From Octopus sinensis (lineage: Eukaryota): DNA of 64,000 nt. Made by a program: the position numbers and the translations under genes. This document shows, one piece after another, positions 13,560 to 26,547 of this stretch. The notes under the pieces are model-generated. The model had not been told where the DNA came from. It was given only the letters and a program-made list of their open reading frames with translations, and searched no databases. The stretch spans positions 1 through 64,000 of the forward strand of contig NW_021824834.1 in assembly GCF_006345805.1 (NCBI RefSeq), read 5' to 3'. Position 1 is the first letter of the stretch. Every line of letters starts with the position of its first letter.

Positions 13560-14465
13560 GAAAAGATATCTAGCACTCTGTCTGTTACGACGACGCGGGT
13601 TCCAGTTGATCCGATCAACGTAACAGCCTGCTCAAGAAACTAACGTTCAAGTAGCTGAGCAATCCCACAATCATACGTACTCCTAATGTAGTTTTCGGAG
13701 AGATTCATCATCATCATCATTGTTCGACCGTAGTCGAGACAATGGAATTTACCATGCTACGCCAGACTTCACGGTCCATCATGGCATTACGGAGGTCCTG
13801 TTGCTGGATGCCTGTATCCCTGGAGATTACATCAGGGTAGGAGAGTGTTCGCCCTCTGGTATTGCGAGTAGATGGCTTCCAGAGGAGTAGAGTAGACATT
13901 GCCTCGTTTTCAGCTCTACAACAATGTCCAGCAAACTGGACTCTCCTACCTTTCACAAGAGATGACACAGGTGGTAGTTTCCCATATATTTGCATTTTGG
14001 TTGGATGACGCTTCCACGAGAGATTTTGAGCTCTCATAAGGAGGCGAGTGTAGGTTCCATCCAACCGCCTCTCAAGCTTCTTTGATAACGTCCAGGTTTC
14101 TGAGCCATATAGTAGAATTGGTTCGACTGTGGCTTTGAAGATTTCAAGTTTGAAGTCTCTACTTAGATTTGATGACCAGATCTTATGCATGTCATTACAG
14201 GCTGACCAGGCCATACCCTTTCTAGTTAGAAAATCTTTTCCATATCATCATCTGGAAAAGAGAGATTCAGTGTGACACAGAATGTAACAAGGTAGGCCCT
14301 TTCAACTATAGGTACAACTCACTTTTGACAACTGAGTTGACTGGATCAACGTGAAATAAAAATCAAGTGTTTTGCACAAGGACACAACACGCTGCCGTGT
14401 ATTGAACTCACGACCATACGATCACGAACTGTGTACCCTAACCACCTAGCCACGCGCCTTCACTG
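13560..14465 (-). mobile_element. Older tRNA-derived SINE sharing the family A tail, split by an RTE insertion
   Basis: Head at 14380-14465 (rc gtgaaggcgcgtggctaggtggttaggg..gagttcaatac). Tail 13575-13705 matches the reverse complement of 15100-15230. Confidence 0.7.
13708..14259 (-). mobile_element. 5'-truncated RTE-clade LINE, 3' end
   Basis: Intact 165-aa ORF with ILLYGSETWTL, FAGHC and DREVW; (TGA)n tail; 10-bp TSD gagagattca at 13698-13707 and 14260-14269. Confidence 0.92.
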
Positions 14466-14857
14466 AAACGATATCAGGCACGAAATAAAAAGAAAAAGAA
14501 AAACACAAGACTTCATAGTGTTTAGCTTATAGTTTTATGCAGTAAAGAAGAAATTAAAAGAAACAAACAAAAAATAATGATAAAATAGTATTCAAAGTTT
14601 CGGATAGTGCTTCTTGGAGAAAAAGAATAAAAGAGAAGAACAGAAAGGAATGGAAGAAGAAAACAAGAACGGTAAGGACAAGCTCCGTAGAAACAGTATA
14701 ATGGTGTTATTGTAAGGGCCATACTATGCGGCTCTTGGTATCGCTTCCGATACCTTTGTTGCGTATCAACTCGAAAAGTATCAGGAATCCACTGAGCACA
14801 ACTGAAGACCAAATGCGATTAGAGATTTATAATATAGTGTTGTAAAAATAAAGAGTA

Positions 14858-15238
14858 GAGGCGCAATGGCCCAGTGGTTAGGGCAGCGGACTCGCGGTCG
14901 TAGGATTGCGGTTTCGATTCCCAGACCGGGCGTTATGAGTGGTTATTGAGCGAAAACACCTAAAGCTCCACGAGGCTCCGGCAGGGATGGTGGTGATCCC
15001 TGCTGTACTCTTTCACCACAACTTTCTCTCTCACTCTTACTTCCTGTTTCTGTTTTACCTGTATTTCAAGGGCCGGCCTTGTCACTCTCTGTGTCACGCT
15101 GAATATCCCCGAGAACTACGTTAAGGGTGCACGTGTCTGTGGAGTGCTCAGCCACTTTCACGTTAATTTCACGAGCAGGCTGTTCCGTTGATCGGATCAA
15201 CCGGAACCCTCATCGCCGTAACCGACGGAGTGCTTCCA
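14858..15238 (+). mobile_element. SINE family A, full length
   Basis: tRNA-like head with A/B boxes; near-identical to 24763-25146; TSD aaaaataaaga on both sides. Confidence 0.92.
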
Positions 15239-15574
15239 AAAATAAAGATCATAGATCCAGTGATCCAGTAGGATAAAACACAATAATTGATGCTGTTGAG
15301 GTTGGCTCTGATTAAGCAAACTTGTGACCACAGTCGGACAAGCTGTGGTCGTCATGCCCTTTTGTTCATTTAGGACAATGTTATTCGATGTGACTAACCT
15401 TTCTTCAAGGCGGCAGAATTTAATTTGAATGAACATTATTTTTTTCTAGTTGAGCGTACGACCACGTAAAAGTACCAACTGTGTGGAACATTTTAGAAGC
15501 AGGATGTCATAGACGGAACATCTTGAGGACTTTATTGAGCTGATACTGGTGAGTGTTAGATATAATGGTTAAGG

Positions 15575-15740
15575 CAGGCGCAGGTGTGGCTGTGTGGTAA
15601 AAAGCTTACTTCCCAGCCACATGGTTCCGGGTTCAGTCTCACTGTGTGGCACCTTCTGCAAATGTCCTCTACTATAGCCTCGGGCCGACAAAAGCCTTGT
15701 GAGTAGATTTGGTATTCGGAAACTGAAAAAAGCCCGTCTC

Positions 15741-15819
<79 letters not shown>

Positions 15820-16280
15820 ACACACACACATACACACACATATAGGGAGAATTCACAAAAAAAGACGAAGACTGGTTGTGTAGACAACAAACAGATGTAT
15901 TAGTTTAACGCTCGGGGAGTGAAAAAGTCTTTAACATTTCGAGCCTACGCTCTTCAACAGAAATGAACACAGAAAGAAACAAGGAGAGAAAATAAAGAAA
16001 GTGTAGTGGTTAGCGATCTATCAAGGCGAATACATATAATATGTGTGTGTGTGTATGTGTGTGTATTTATGTGGGGGGTTTTCTGTGTTTGCACCCCATT
16101 ACCGTTTGACAACTGCTGTTGATGTGTTGGCGTCCCCGTAACTTAGCGGTTCGGCAAAAGATATAGATAGAATAAGTACCAGGCTTAAAAATTAAGTACT
16201 GGTGTAGATTCATTCGACTAAAAAATTCAAAGCAGTGCCCCAGCATGGTCGCAGTTTCATAACTGAAACAACGAAAAGGT
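15575..16280 (+). mobile_element. SINE family B with a family C element nested in its internal microsatellite
   Basis: Head 15575-15740 and tail ~16085-16280 match 46207-46615. Confidence 0.82.
15843..16030 (-). mobile_element. Family C short element (Penelope-like terminus) with HHR-like fold at 15928-15963
   Basis: Homologous to 45335-45520 and 47432-47622; minus strand reads ttt CTGTTGA a gagc gtag gctc GAAA tg TT aaag. Confidence 0.7.
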
Positions 16281-16514
16281 ACAATGATGTTAATGTTGAT
16301 GGTGATGATGACAGCGAGGATCGGTTTCGTTGGTTTTATTTATCCCTAAGTCTACCTTGATTGAGCATGCCTATGACCAAAGCATTCCAGTCGTGACCAT
16401 CCCGTCTTTGTAGGGGCTTTCCAGCATTACATTGTCCTAATTTATTTTTTATTTGTCACGGTAGGGTAAGATCTAGCAGATCGGGTGAGAACAGAGACTC
16501 CATCTTTGACTCGT

Positions 16515-16532
16515 TAGTAGTAGTAGTAGTGA

Positions 16533-16599
<67 letters not shown>

Positions 16600-16682
16600 A
16601 GTGGTGATGGTGGTGGTGGTGGTGGTAGTAGTAGTGGTGGTGGTGGTGGTGGTGGTGGTGGCGGTGGTGGCGGTGGCGGTAG
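16515..16682. repeat. (GTA)n/(GTG)n trinucleotide repeat
   Basis: Directly visible; source of the poly-V ORF. Confidence 0.95.
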
Positions 16683-16933
16683 TGACGACAGTCTTATTTC
16701 TGATTTCGGGTGGTGATAAATGGTGACTTGACTACGATGACGTTTGATGTGGTTTTGCTGTGGAATAGTGGGGGATAAATTGACGGATAGTGTTGCTGTG
16801 GGTATGCGGGTAGGCAGGAAGCGGTCAGAAGGGTAAGCAGAAGGCGGGCAGATGGGTAAGCGAGAAGACAGCTAGTTTCAGATAAGAGATATGTAACGTA
16901 ATTCGCTGAAGCGTGTAATTTAACTCCACATAT

Positions 16934-16972
<39 letters not shown>

Positions 16973-17048
16973 ATGTATGTATGTATATATATATATATAT
17001 GTATATATATATGTATATATAATATATATGTATATATATTATAGTATG

Positions 17049-17102
<54 letters not shown>

Positions 17103-17617
17103 GTGTGTGTGTGTGTGTGTTGTGTGTATGTGTTGTGTGTGCATGTGGGGTGTGTGTGTTTATATATATGTGTGTATAATATATCTAGAAATATGTATAT
17201 ATATATATATATATATAATATATATATACATTAATAGATAATATACATACATACACACCTGCACACACACATACACACACAAACATATATATATATACGC
17301 ACATGTGTATACATTTAAATTTATATTTATAAATGCATGTGTACGTATACCAATGTGAATATATGTATATGTGTATACGTATGCGTGTGATTTATATATC
17401 ATATGGATATATATATATGTATATATCGTATATCACTTCTTCTTTACCGGCTAATGATGTGTCGTTAGTGAAAGGAAATGGGGTGGCAATGTGGCACTGA
17501 GGTTGGTAAAGGCAGCAGTAGTTGCGGTGGTACCGTTGCTGGTGGTGCAAGTACGGGTACGGATTCTGGTATTGGTGTCGTAGTGGAGACAGGACTGCCG
17601 GTCGCGGTAACGAGCTT

Positions 17618-17675
<58 letters not shown>

Positions 17676-17761
17676 CAGCAGTAGTAGTAATGGTGGTAGT
17701 ATTAGTAGTAGTAGTAGTAGTAGTAGCAGCGGCAGTAGTAGCACCAGCAGTAGTAGTGGTT

Positions 17762-17813
<52 letters not shown>

Positions 17814-17815
17814 CA
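17618..17815. repeat. (GTA)n/(GCA) trinucleotide repeat
   Basis: Directly visible; source of the poly-T, poly-L and poly-V ORFs. Confidence 0.95.
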
Positions 17816-18727
17816 CCAGCAGAAACAGCAACCATTGTTATTGATAACAATACACGAGCTAAGCCTGTAGAGTCTATTCTAATAAAGGCACAAGGCCAGC
17901 AACTTTTGAGGAAAATGAGTCAGTCGATTTATAGTGAGACTAATATTCCAATGGCATTTCATTTTATTGCACCCGAGAGAATGAAAATATAACTTGACCG
18001 TGGTGAGATTTGAACTCAGAACGTAAAGAGCCAGAAAGTAATAGTAATACCACAGGGGAAGAAAGAAATGTCGGTGAGCGTAAAAGCGTAACTACCATAG
18101 ACTCAGATTAACAGTGCCAAATTTCAAAAAAGCTCAAGCACAATCGTTGGTCGACAGTATTTCTGGGAGTTTGTTGGCAAGTGTCTTCTGCTATGGCCCT
18201 GGACCGACCAAAGTCTTATGAAAGGGTTTTGGTGGGCAGAAGTTGAAAGAATTATACATCTTGTGTAATTGCTTTATCTATGATCACTTAATTCTTTGAT
18301 AGAGTTCCGAAGGCGTGATTGTGACATTCGACGTTTCTTGGGTATTTTTAGATCTAGCAGAGATCATTCTTTTCCAGGTCTGACTTCAACCAAAAAGGGA
18401 GACAGACAAATAAACATATAAACGTGAAAAATCGACTTGGGTACCGGACTGGTATTTTATTTATTGACCGGGAAAGGATTTAAAGCTGAAGTTTATCTTG
18501 GCGATAATTGAACTTAGAGCGCAGAGAATCTATGCTTATTACAAGCATACATACAGCAATGTGGATAAGAGACTCGCTTTCCAACGACGTGGTTTAGAAT
18601 TCAATCCCGCGGCTAAGTGTCTTCTACCAAAGCCCCGAATTGTAAGTGAATTTGGTTGATGGAAATTGCACGGAAGACGATCCTATGTATATCTTAGTGC
18701 GTATGGGAGAGAGAAAGAATGTATGAA

Positions 18728-18788
<61 letters not shown>

Positions 18789-19302
18789 AAAAGAGAGCTG
18801 TGTGTGTGTACGTGTCTGGCAACCGGTGCTAATCTGTTTACGTCCCCGCAGTTTATCGATTCGACAAAATGAGCCCCGACAGAATAAGTACCAAGCATGA
18901 AACATCCACTGGAGTTTACTTGATTAACTGAACCCTTCACAAGGTGGTGCCAAATCGTAACCGCAGTCCAATGATTGAAACAAGTAAAATGATTTAAAAA
19001 ATTAAAAGAATAATACTACGAGGGTGTGGGTTAAGTTTTATTTGCTGTGTGGTCGGTGAAAGTTAGTGTATCTTACACGCCAGATATAAGCTTAGATATG
19101 ATGATGAATTATCTATTAAAATGTGATACATCATAGACACACACACACACACACACACAGATGGGAGCATTGAGCTATGTATGGTGAGATATTATCGTAG
19201 ACTTGAAGATTCACTGAAGATTCATTATCTCAGGGCGACATGAAAAATCGTCATATTCAGAATATATAAATATTAATTTGTTTCAATAGCTGTATGTGAG
19301 TG

Positions 19303-19358
<56 letters not shown>

Positions 19359-19498
19359 TGTGTGTGTGTATACACATACATGTACGTATTTATGCATGCA
19401 TGAATGTGTGTACATAAGTACGCACATAAATAACACACTGACACACACATACACAAACACACACACACACAACACACACACACACACCACACACACAC

Positions 19499-19561
<63 letters not shown>

Positions 19562-20353
19562 TAATGTATGTATGTATGTATATATGGTCGGGTCGTCGGC
19601 GACTAAACCGGCAACCCCACCAAGCCTGCTTGGTGAGGAGGATGTTTATTGGACACCCTGCGGGATGAAAAACAAAACCTATCAAAGGGCGGAGGAACTC
19701 TTGAGAGTCAACGGCCATCAAATAAATGTCTTAAGGGTGTATCATGCGCGGGGACATAGAAATAATCGGGCTGATTACCCGATCGCGCGGTTAAACCATT
19801 GGAAGTGAAGGACTCCTAGCCTTTGTTAGGGCATATATATAGATATATATATTTACTTATTTGTCTATTTATAAGCCATAATATATGGATGGATTCAACT
19901 AATACGGTTATACTCATTAAAATACTCCTTAATGTATCATTCTACAAAACAGAGAATATATAGTAATATACAAGAGAAAAGGATAATGAGCGTATAAAGT
20001 CATAAATGACTAAGAAATAGTTTGATGAACTTTTATTTAACAATAAGACAAATCCTATAATCACGACAAATTGTTTCGTAACTCAAAATTATGATGAAAA
20101 TAATGTATATTATCATATTTGATAATAAATGAAATACTTACATGTCTGTATTAATGCAAAAAAAAAATCCGTTCAAAATAATTCAAAATAATGCAGTACG
20201 TCGTCAGGTGAAAGAAAGTCTTTGTTAAATATATCAGACACAAGAACCATTCGTGTATACAGTGATACTCCAAGTATTAAGTCTATTGTTTTTGAGACTC
20301 AATCTGATGAAATGCACAAGGCTACTATAAAAATATATGTAATACACACTATA

Positions 20354-20509
20354 AACAAAATTTACTGCGCTAGTCACCAAGAGAGAAACTCTCATATTGG
20401 CTTTTTGGTACAAAATGACCCCTTGTTTATATCATACAAGAGTTTATAGCATTTTGCACCAAAAGCCAATATGAGAGTTTCTCTCATAACTACCGCAGTA
20501 TAGTTTGTT
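20354..20509. repeat. Imperfect inverted repeat, MITE-like foldback
   Basis: gagagaaactctcatattggctttttggtacaaaatg pairs with cattttgcaccaaaagccaatatgagagtttctctc; outer arms actgcg/cgcagt. Confidence 0.85.
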
Positions 20510-20865
20510 CTAACAGAACATCCATGCTTAAACGAGGATAAATATTTCCTCTCGTTAATGTTTATGTTCAATAAATATATTTCACATGTTGTATTGAAAC
20601 AACTGTAGCTACAGCTGTTTCAATAAAATGCAATAAATCCAGTGCTGTTTCAGTATATCCATACTCAGCGACTAATATAGTCGACCTGGAATTTCAACTT
20701 GTGTGGATAGTTATCTTCATAAAGATAACCCCTCTACATATACAAATTTGATAGGGGTTATTCGCAGAGGTGCTTCCTCGGAACACAGCTTGGATTTGAA
20801 TCCCTTTATAAACTCTCTCCCACTCTCTCTCTCTTTCCCTCGCTCTTGCTCTCCCTCTCTCTCTC

Positions 20866-20935
<70 letters not shown>

Positions 20936-20955
20936 AGAGAGAGAGAGAGAGAGAG

Positions 20956-21017
<62 letters not shown>

Positions 21018-21061
21018 TAGATAGATAGATAGATATTAATGTGTGTGTGTGTGTGTATATA

Positions 21062-21165
21062 TACGAGGTGCTATTGAAGATTTCCTGGCTTTAAGGGTAT
21101 CACGACAGGCCAGGCTGGAGGCCCAACCTTCCAAGTTCTTTTACAGGGCTTAGAAAAACTGGATC
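21062..21165 (+). mobile_element. Possible mariner-type terminus in a TA site
   Basis: Begins TA-CGAGGTGCTATTGAAGATTTCC, similar to mariner TIR starts; no partner end found. Confidence 0.4.
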
Positions 21166-22189
21166 TTTTCTGTTTGGTTGCCAGCGGCTCCAAACATTAA
21201 AGTTTACCGAAAATTTTCTAATTTGACACAATAATACACTTGCCCAAACTGAATTGCTGGAGCTATTTCATTTTTTCCAGAAAAATGTTTTTAAAATGTT
21301 ATAGAGGTTTAAAGTTTGATCATTTTCACCCAGTCAGGAAACAGGATTTAGAAGTAGTCATTTTGTGCGTGACTGCACATTTTGTCATCAACATCCTGAA
21401 AATATCACGTGTTGTCAATGTTTGTAAACATCACGTGTTATGTCTCCAGTAATTTTCTTTCATGTAAATAAATGTTTATGTTAATTTAAAAGAGAAAAAC
21501 AGTTTTAAATCTTTGAGCGAAATGTTGGCAAATAAACTCTAATTTAAAAGATTTATCGAAACAATATTATCTAGCTGTTATTTTTAGCACACCTCACAAC
21601 CACTTCAATGCTCAATGTCAAAAAGAATCGAGTAAACAAGACCGCTGTCAGCACATGCTTCCTCGCAGACTTTTGAAAAACTGTTACTATGACAACAGGC
21701 AAAAGAGTCCTCGTGTTTCAGCTTGTTACTATCAAAACAGACATGAATGTGTCTGTGATTTACGATTGGCTAAAATTACAAAGATTTTCCAAATTTAATT
21801 ACTAATAACTTTTTATTGATTGATTTATAGCAAAAATTACTTGCACGTCATTAATTATCCTATAAAGGTGTATCATTACACTGAATATGAAATCAATTCG
21901 AACAGAAAATTGACACTGGCAGCCGCTGGCAACCAAACAGAAAAGATCCGAAAAACTGAAGGACGCTGCAATAAGTGTATGGATCTGAGTGGGGAATATG
22001 TTGAATAAAATCATAGTTAATTGAACCTCCTGTATTTTCTTTTACTCAAAGCCAGGAACTTTTCAGCACAACCTCGTATGTATGTATGTATGTATGTATG
22101 TATGTATGTATGTATGCATGTATGTATGTATACGCAACAGGATTCTGCACTGTCCCTCTACCGAATTCACTTACATGTACATAAACATA

Positions 22190-22293
<104 letters not shown>

Positions 22294-22497
22294 TGGTAAG
22301 GCTCTCGACCAGCTAAGAAAAGCACTCGATCAGCTAAGTGAGTAAAGATAGTATTATAATAAAAACTACAATTCTTGTTAAATAGAACGACCCAGATTTT
22401 CTTGGTCGAAATAATAATTTATTTCGCCATTTTTAGAAGCTGAGAACAAGACTGTTTGAAAGTTGTCTTTTGAATAGATGACGTTTATACAAGAGAC

Positions 22498-22803
22498 GTG
22501 AAGGCACATGGCCTAGTGGTTAGAGCAGCGGACTCGCGGTCAAGGATTGCGGGTTCGAATCTTAGATCGAGTGATGTGTGTGTTTAAGAGCGAAATGTCT
22601 AAGCTCCACGCGACTCCGGTAGAAGGTATTGGCGAAACTTTTGCTGACTCTTTCACCACAACGTTCTCTCACTCTTTCCTCCTGCATCTTGCAGTTCACC
22701 TGCGACAGACCGGCATCCCTTCCAGGTGGGGAACCTATATGCCAAGGAAACCCGGAAACCGGCCCTATAAGCCAGGCGTGGCTCGAGAAAGAACAAACAA
22801 CAA
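22498..22803 (+). mobile_element. tRNA-derived SINE related to family A, with a different tail
   Basis: Head gtgaaggcacatggcctagtggttagagcagcggactcgcggtc..ggttcgaatc and body taagctccacg..ctctttcaccacaac shared with family A; distinct tail ending in (CAA). Confidence 0.78.
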
Positions 22804-24098
22804 TACAAGAGACACTGGTAAGGAAGAAGACAAACAAGAACGAAAACACAAAGGAGATAATCAATTCGATGCCAAGCCGACGTCAACAAGGCGTTAATGG
22901 TTTACTAAGTGTCCTGTGGTCTACTTTTAAATTCCGGCAATATTTCCTGAAATGTGGACATACAAAAAAAAAATCTTCTCCCTGGAAATTATGTATTCGT
23001 TGGGGATTCTAATTCTTTAAGAGATATAGTTTTTCAAAGGAACATACTGAACTTTTTTGGACCCGTTAATGTAGAGTCTGGTTTTGGAGAAGATTTTCTA
23101 TATGATGACGAAATTTCTCTTTAAGTTTTCAAATTAAAGCCGAAAAGGTCGTTGAATGTCTCTTATCACGTGACCAACAAACATCCTTCGAATTTTAGGC
23201 ACATGCTACTAAACATTTAGTTACTACATTAACGATGATAACTATATTAATGATAATAAATTACATTTGAATTTTAGTACCACTTGCTATTTATTTTGAA
23301 ATTGTTCTTCAGCTGGAATCCGGAATTCTTTCAGAGACACATAGGCACGAGGCGCAACCAGTAGTTTGGCTGTGTCCGCCAGCATCTCCAGCCACTTTCT
23401 CTGTTCCTCGAAGAAGTCAACTTCTCCAAAAGCTATCAGAATTCTGAAGATTCTCTATTCGGATATCTGCAAATAAACCAAACGTAGTCTTTGGGATTTT
23501 CTTTATAAAATTCAAAAGAAATTGCAATTATGATGAATAGGATGTTATCCTCCTTGGTGTAGGACTCCTCTATATTCCATAATTAAACATAATGCAGCCG
23601 TATACATAATGGTTAATTGTTATGACATTGCATTCTACCAGACTCCTAAAGAAAAATCCTCTATGCATTGATCAGACAGTATTCTGATAACAATGCCACA
23701 GAACGTGATATTTAATGCAAAAATGACTATATGAAGATAATGCAAATAAACAGAAAATTGATTATCCCGTCACCTCCGGTAAAATTATTGCCAGATTTCT
23801 GAAGAATTAGCTATGCACAAGTCGCTTCTGTCACATTTGATTCATTTTTGATTCGTGCATTTCCAAATCAGTGAAATGCTGCTTCTGCGACACATATATA
23901 ACGACACATAAACCTGATCCATCAAAATCCCGACCTGTGCCATAACTCAATACAATTAACAAATTTTTTAAAACCATTTGCCTATAAGTATCTACAAGCA
24001 TATCAGCAAAAAGAAGAAAAATTATCTCTAATTCGGCAATTCAGCTTCAATTTACTTCTGATTCGCATTCCAGTTTCTGACCTCACTGTCTTTTCACA

Positions 24099-24515
24099 TA
24101 CTCTTTTACTCTTTTACTTGTTTCAGTCATTTGACTGCGGTCATGCTGGAGCACCGCCTTTAGTCGAGCAAATCGACCCCGTGACTTATTCTTTGTAAGC
24201 CCAGTACTTATTCTATCGGTCTCTTTTTGCCGAACCGCTAAGTGACGGGGACGTAAACACACCAGCATCGGTTGTCAAGCAATGCTAGAAGGACAAACAC
24301 AGACACACAATCACACACACACATACACACATATATATATATACATATATACGACGGGCTTCTTTCAGTTTCCGTCTAGCAAATCCACTCACAAGGCATT
24401 GGTCGGCCTGGGGCTATAGCAGAAGACACTTGCCTAAGATGCCACGCAGTGGGACTGAACCCGGAACCATGTGGCTGGTTAGCAAGCTACTTACCACACA
24501 GCCACTCCTGCGCCT
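24099..24515 (-). mobile_element. SINE family B, full length
   Basis: Reverse complement of 46207-46615. Confidence 0.92.
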
Positions 24516-24762
24516 ACATGGGACTATTAAGTGAATGAAGTCCTGAAGAGCAGATGGAAAAGCTACCTCAGCAACAGATCCACCAAGGTCATTCTTTTTG
24601 CTCATGTTGATCCGTCACACATCAATGCCTCAGACCAACTACTTTTCATACTTAGTTCAGTTTTGCTCTTAATCTTCATATATGTCCTGGCCTACTAAAA
24701 ACGTTGTGCTGCGTAACCCAGCTGTTGCTATATTTTGTTAGAGTACATTACTTTGTTGTAGT

Positions 24763-25146
24763 GGAGGCGCAATGGCCCAGTGGTTAGGGCAGCGGACTCG
24801 CGGTCATAGGATCGCGGTTTCGATTCTCAGACCGGGCGTTGTGAGTGTTTATTGAGCGAAAACACCTAAAGCTCCACGAGGCTCCGCAGGGGATGGTGGT
24901 GATCCCTGCTATACTCTTTCACCACAACTTTCTCTCACTCTTACTTCCTGTTTCTGTTGTACCTGTATTTCAAAGGGCCGGCCTTGTCACTCTCTGTGTC
25001 ACGCTGAATATCCCCGAGAACTACGTTAAGGGTACACGTGTCTGTGGAGTGCTCAGCCACTTACACGTTAATTTCACGAGCAGGCTATTCCGTTGATTCG
25101 GATCAACCGGAACCCTCGTCGTCGTAACCGACGGAGTGCTTCCAAC
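24763..25146 (+). mobile_element. SINE family A, full length
   Basis: Near-identical to 14858-15238. Confidence 0.92.
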
Positions 25147-25245
25147 AGTGCTTTGTGGCAACGAATTTTAAAAATTATGAAGGATTTAATAAAATAACTT
25201 TGTCACTATTATGGTGGTGTTTTGAGCATAAATGTGAAAATTTAA

Positions 25246-25461
25246 CCCTTTAGCATTCAGATTACTCTCTCAAATAAAATGCTTATTTATTCACATTGTT
25301 TTGAGCCAATTATGTTTTATTTCTTAGCTTCAAGATTTTATGGTGTGATTGTTTGTTTTTAGAATGACAATATAGAGTAGGTGTGAAAGGCTGGATCTAG
25401 CCAGTTTTAACTTAAAACAAGTGTATATGGTCCTGGTATGACCGGTTTAAATGCTAAAGAG
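25246..25461. mobile_element. piggyBac-like MITE
   Basis: TIRs ccctttagcatt / aatgctaaagag flanked by TTAA (25242-25245) and TTGA (25462-25465). Confidence 0.7.
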
Positions 25462-26475
25462 TTGATGAAAGTTTTTTTTATTTAGATCATTTTAACACAG
25501 GGAGTTTTTATTAAAGAACCAGTGGCGGTCCAGTGGTGGTACCAAAAGAGTTAAATCAAGATGTAGCAGTAAATGACTTAAACAGAGGACTTGTGAGGGT
25601 GAAATCCTTGCAAGTGTGTAGAATGTAAGATTTCAGTAACAAAAGTCTAAAGCAGACATAGACGACCTTTCATGTGAAGCAAACCGCATGAAACTTGGCT
25701 CTTCATCAAGCGGGTTGCATTACTCAAAACAAAATTCAAGTTGATTTTTCATTCAGAAATCCGACGGACCGCAATTTGTCCATGACTAGTCTAAAGCAAT
25801 GGCTTTCATCAAGGAAAAGAAGCCCTACAAACTTTACATTTCAGGTAATAACACGTTAAACATCCACCCAGTAATTTCCCTCATGAGACTCAACTGAAGA
25901 GTTAATATTGTATATGGCGTATAGCCGCCGCCTTCGATATGTTTTATGTTTTATATATATAAATGTACACATGTATATAAAAGCAACAGGATTCTTTCCG
26001 TTTCCTGTCTACCAAATCCACTTAAAAAACTATGGTTGGCCCGGGGTTATAGTAAAACACACTTGCTCAAGGTGGCACACAGTGGGACTGAACCCAGAAC
26101 CATGTGATTAGGAAGAAAACTTCTTACCACACAGCCATATTGATCCCCAAAAGATAAAAGGTGAAGTCAGTCAATGTTAGAATTGCATTAGAATATAAAG
26201 AAGCAAAAATCATATGATATTAACGGAAGCCTGGGTATTTCTAAAGGAGAACAATTATTTAATTGACTTTACCCCAATAGGAATTGATAGAAATTCTGGC
26301 AGAGAAAAAGCAAGAGACCGTCAAAGTGGACTGACGACATCAAAGAATGGACTGGAAATGACTCTTGGGATGCTGACTCTTGGACACAAGCAAATTAAAG
26401 GTAAATCAACTTCGGTATGGTTTCAATTTAGGACATAGTGAAAAAAATGTTAGTCTTTTGCACAATATTGAGCAA

Positions 26476-26547
26476 AGCTCGTTGGTCTAGGGGTATGATA
26501 CACGCTTTGGGTCCGAGAGGTCCCGGGTTCGAATACAGGACGAGCCA
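26476..26547 (+). tRNA. tRNA-Pro(TGG), degenerate; likely a pseudogene
   Basis: agctcgttggtctaggggtatgatacacgctTTGGgtccgagaggtcccgggttcgaatacaggacgagcca closely follows eukaryotic tRNA-Pro, but has mismatches in the acceptor, D, anticodon and T stems. Confidence 0.88.

Noticed and set aside
14858-14930. SINE heads as genuine tRNA genes (also 24763, 33487 and 46207)
   Set aside because: They continue into shared repeat bodies with tails and TSDs; the cloverleaf is incomplete.
16529-17992. Poly-Val, poly-Thr and poly-Leu mucin- or TM-like ORFs
   Set aside because: Derived from (GTA)n and (GTG)n repeats.
21195-21800. Possible ~600-bp TIR element
   Set aside because: The terminal similarity is short, AT-rich and imperfect, with no TSD.
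23290-23480. Exon-like segment on the minus strand after tttatttgcag
   Set aside because: Stop codons in all three frames soon after the acceptor; no recognisable homology.
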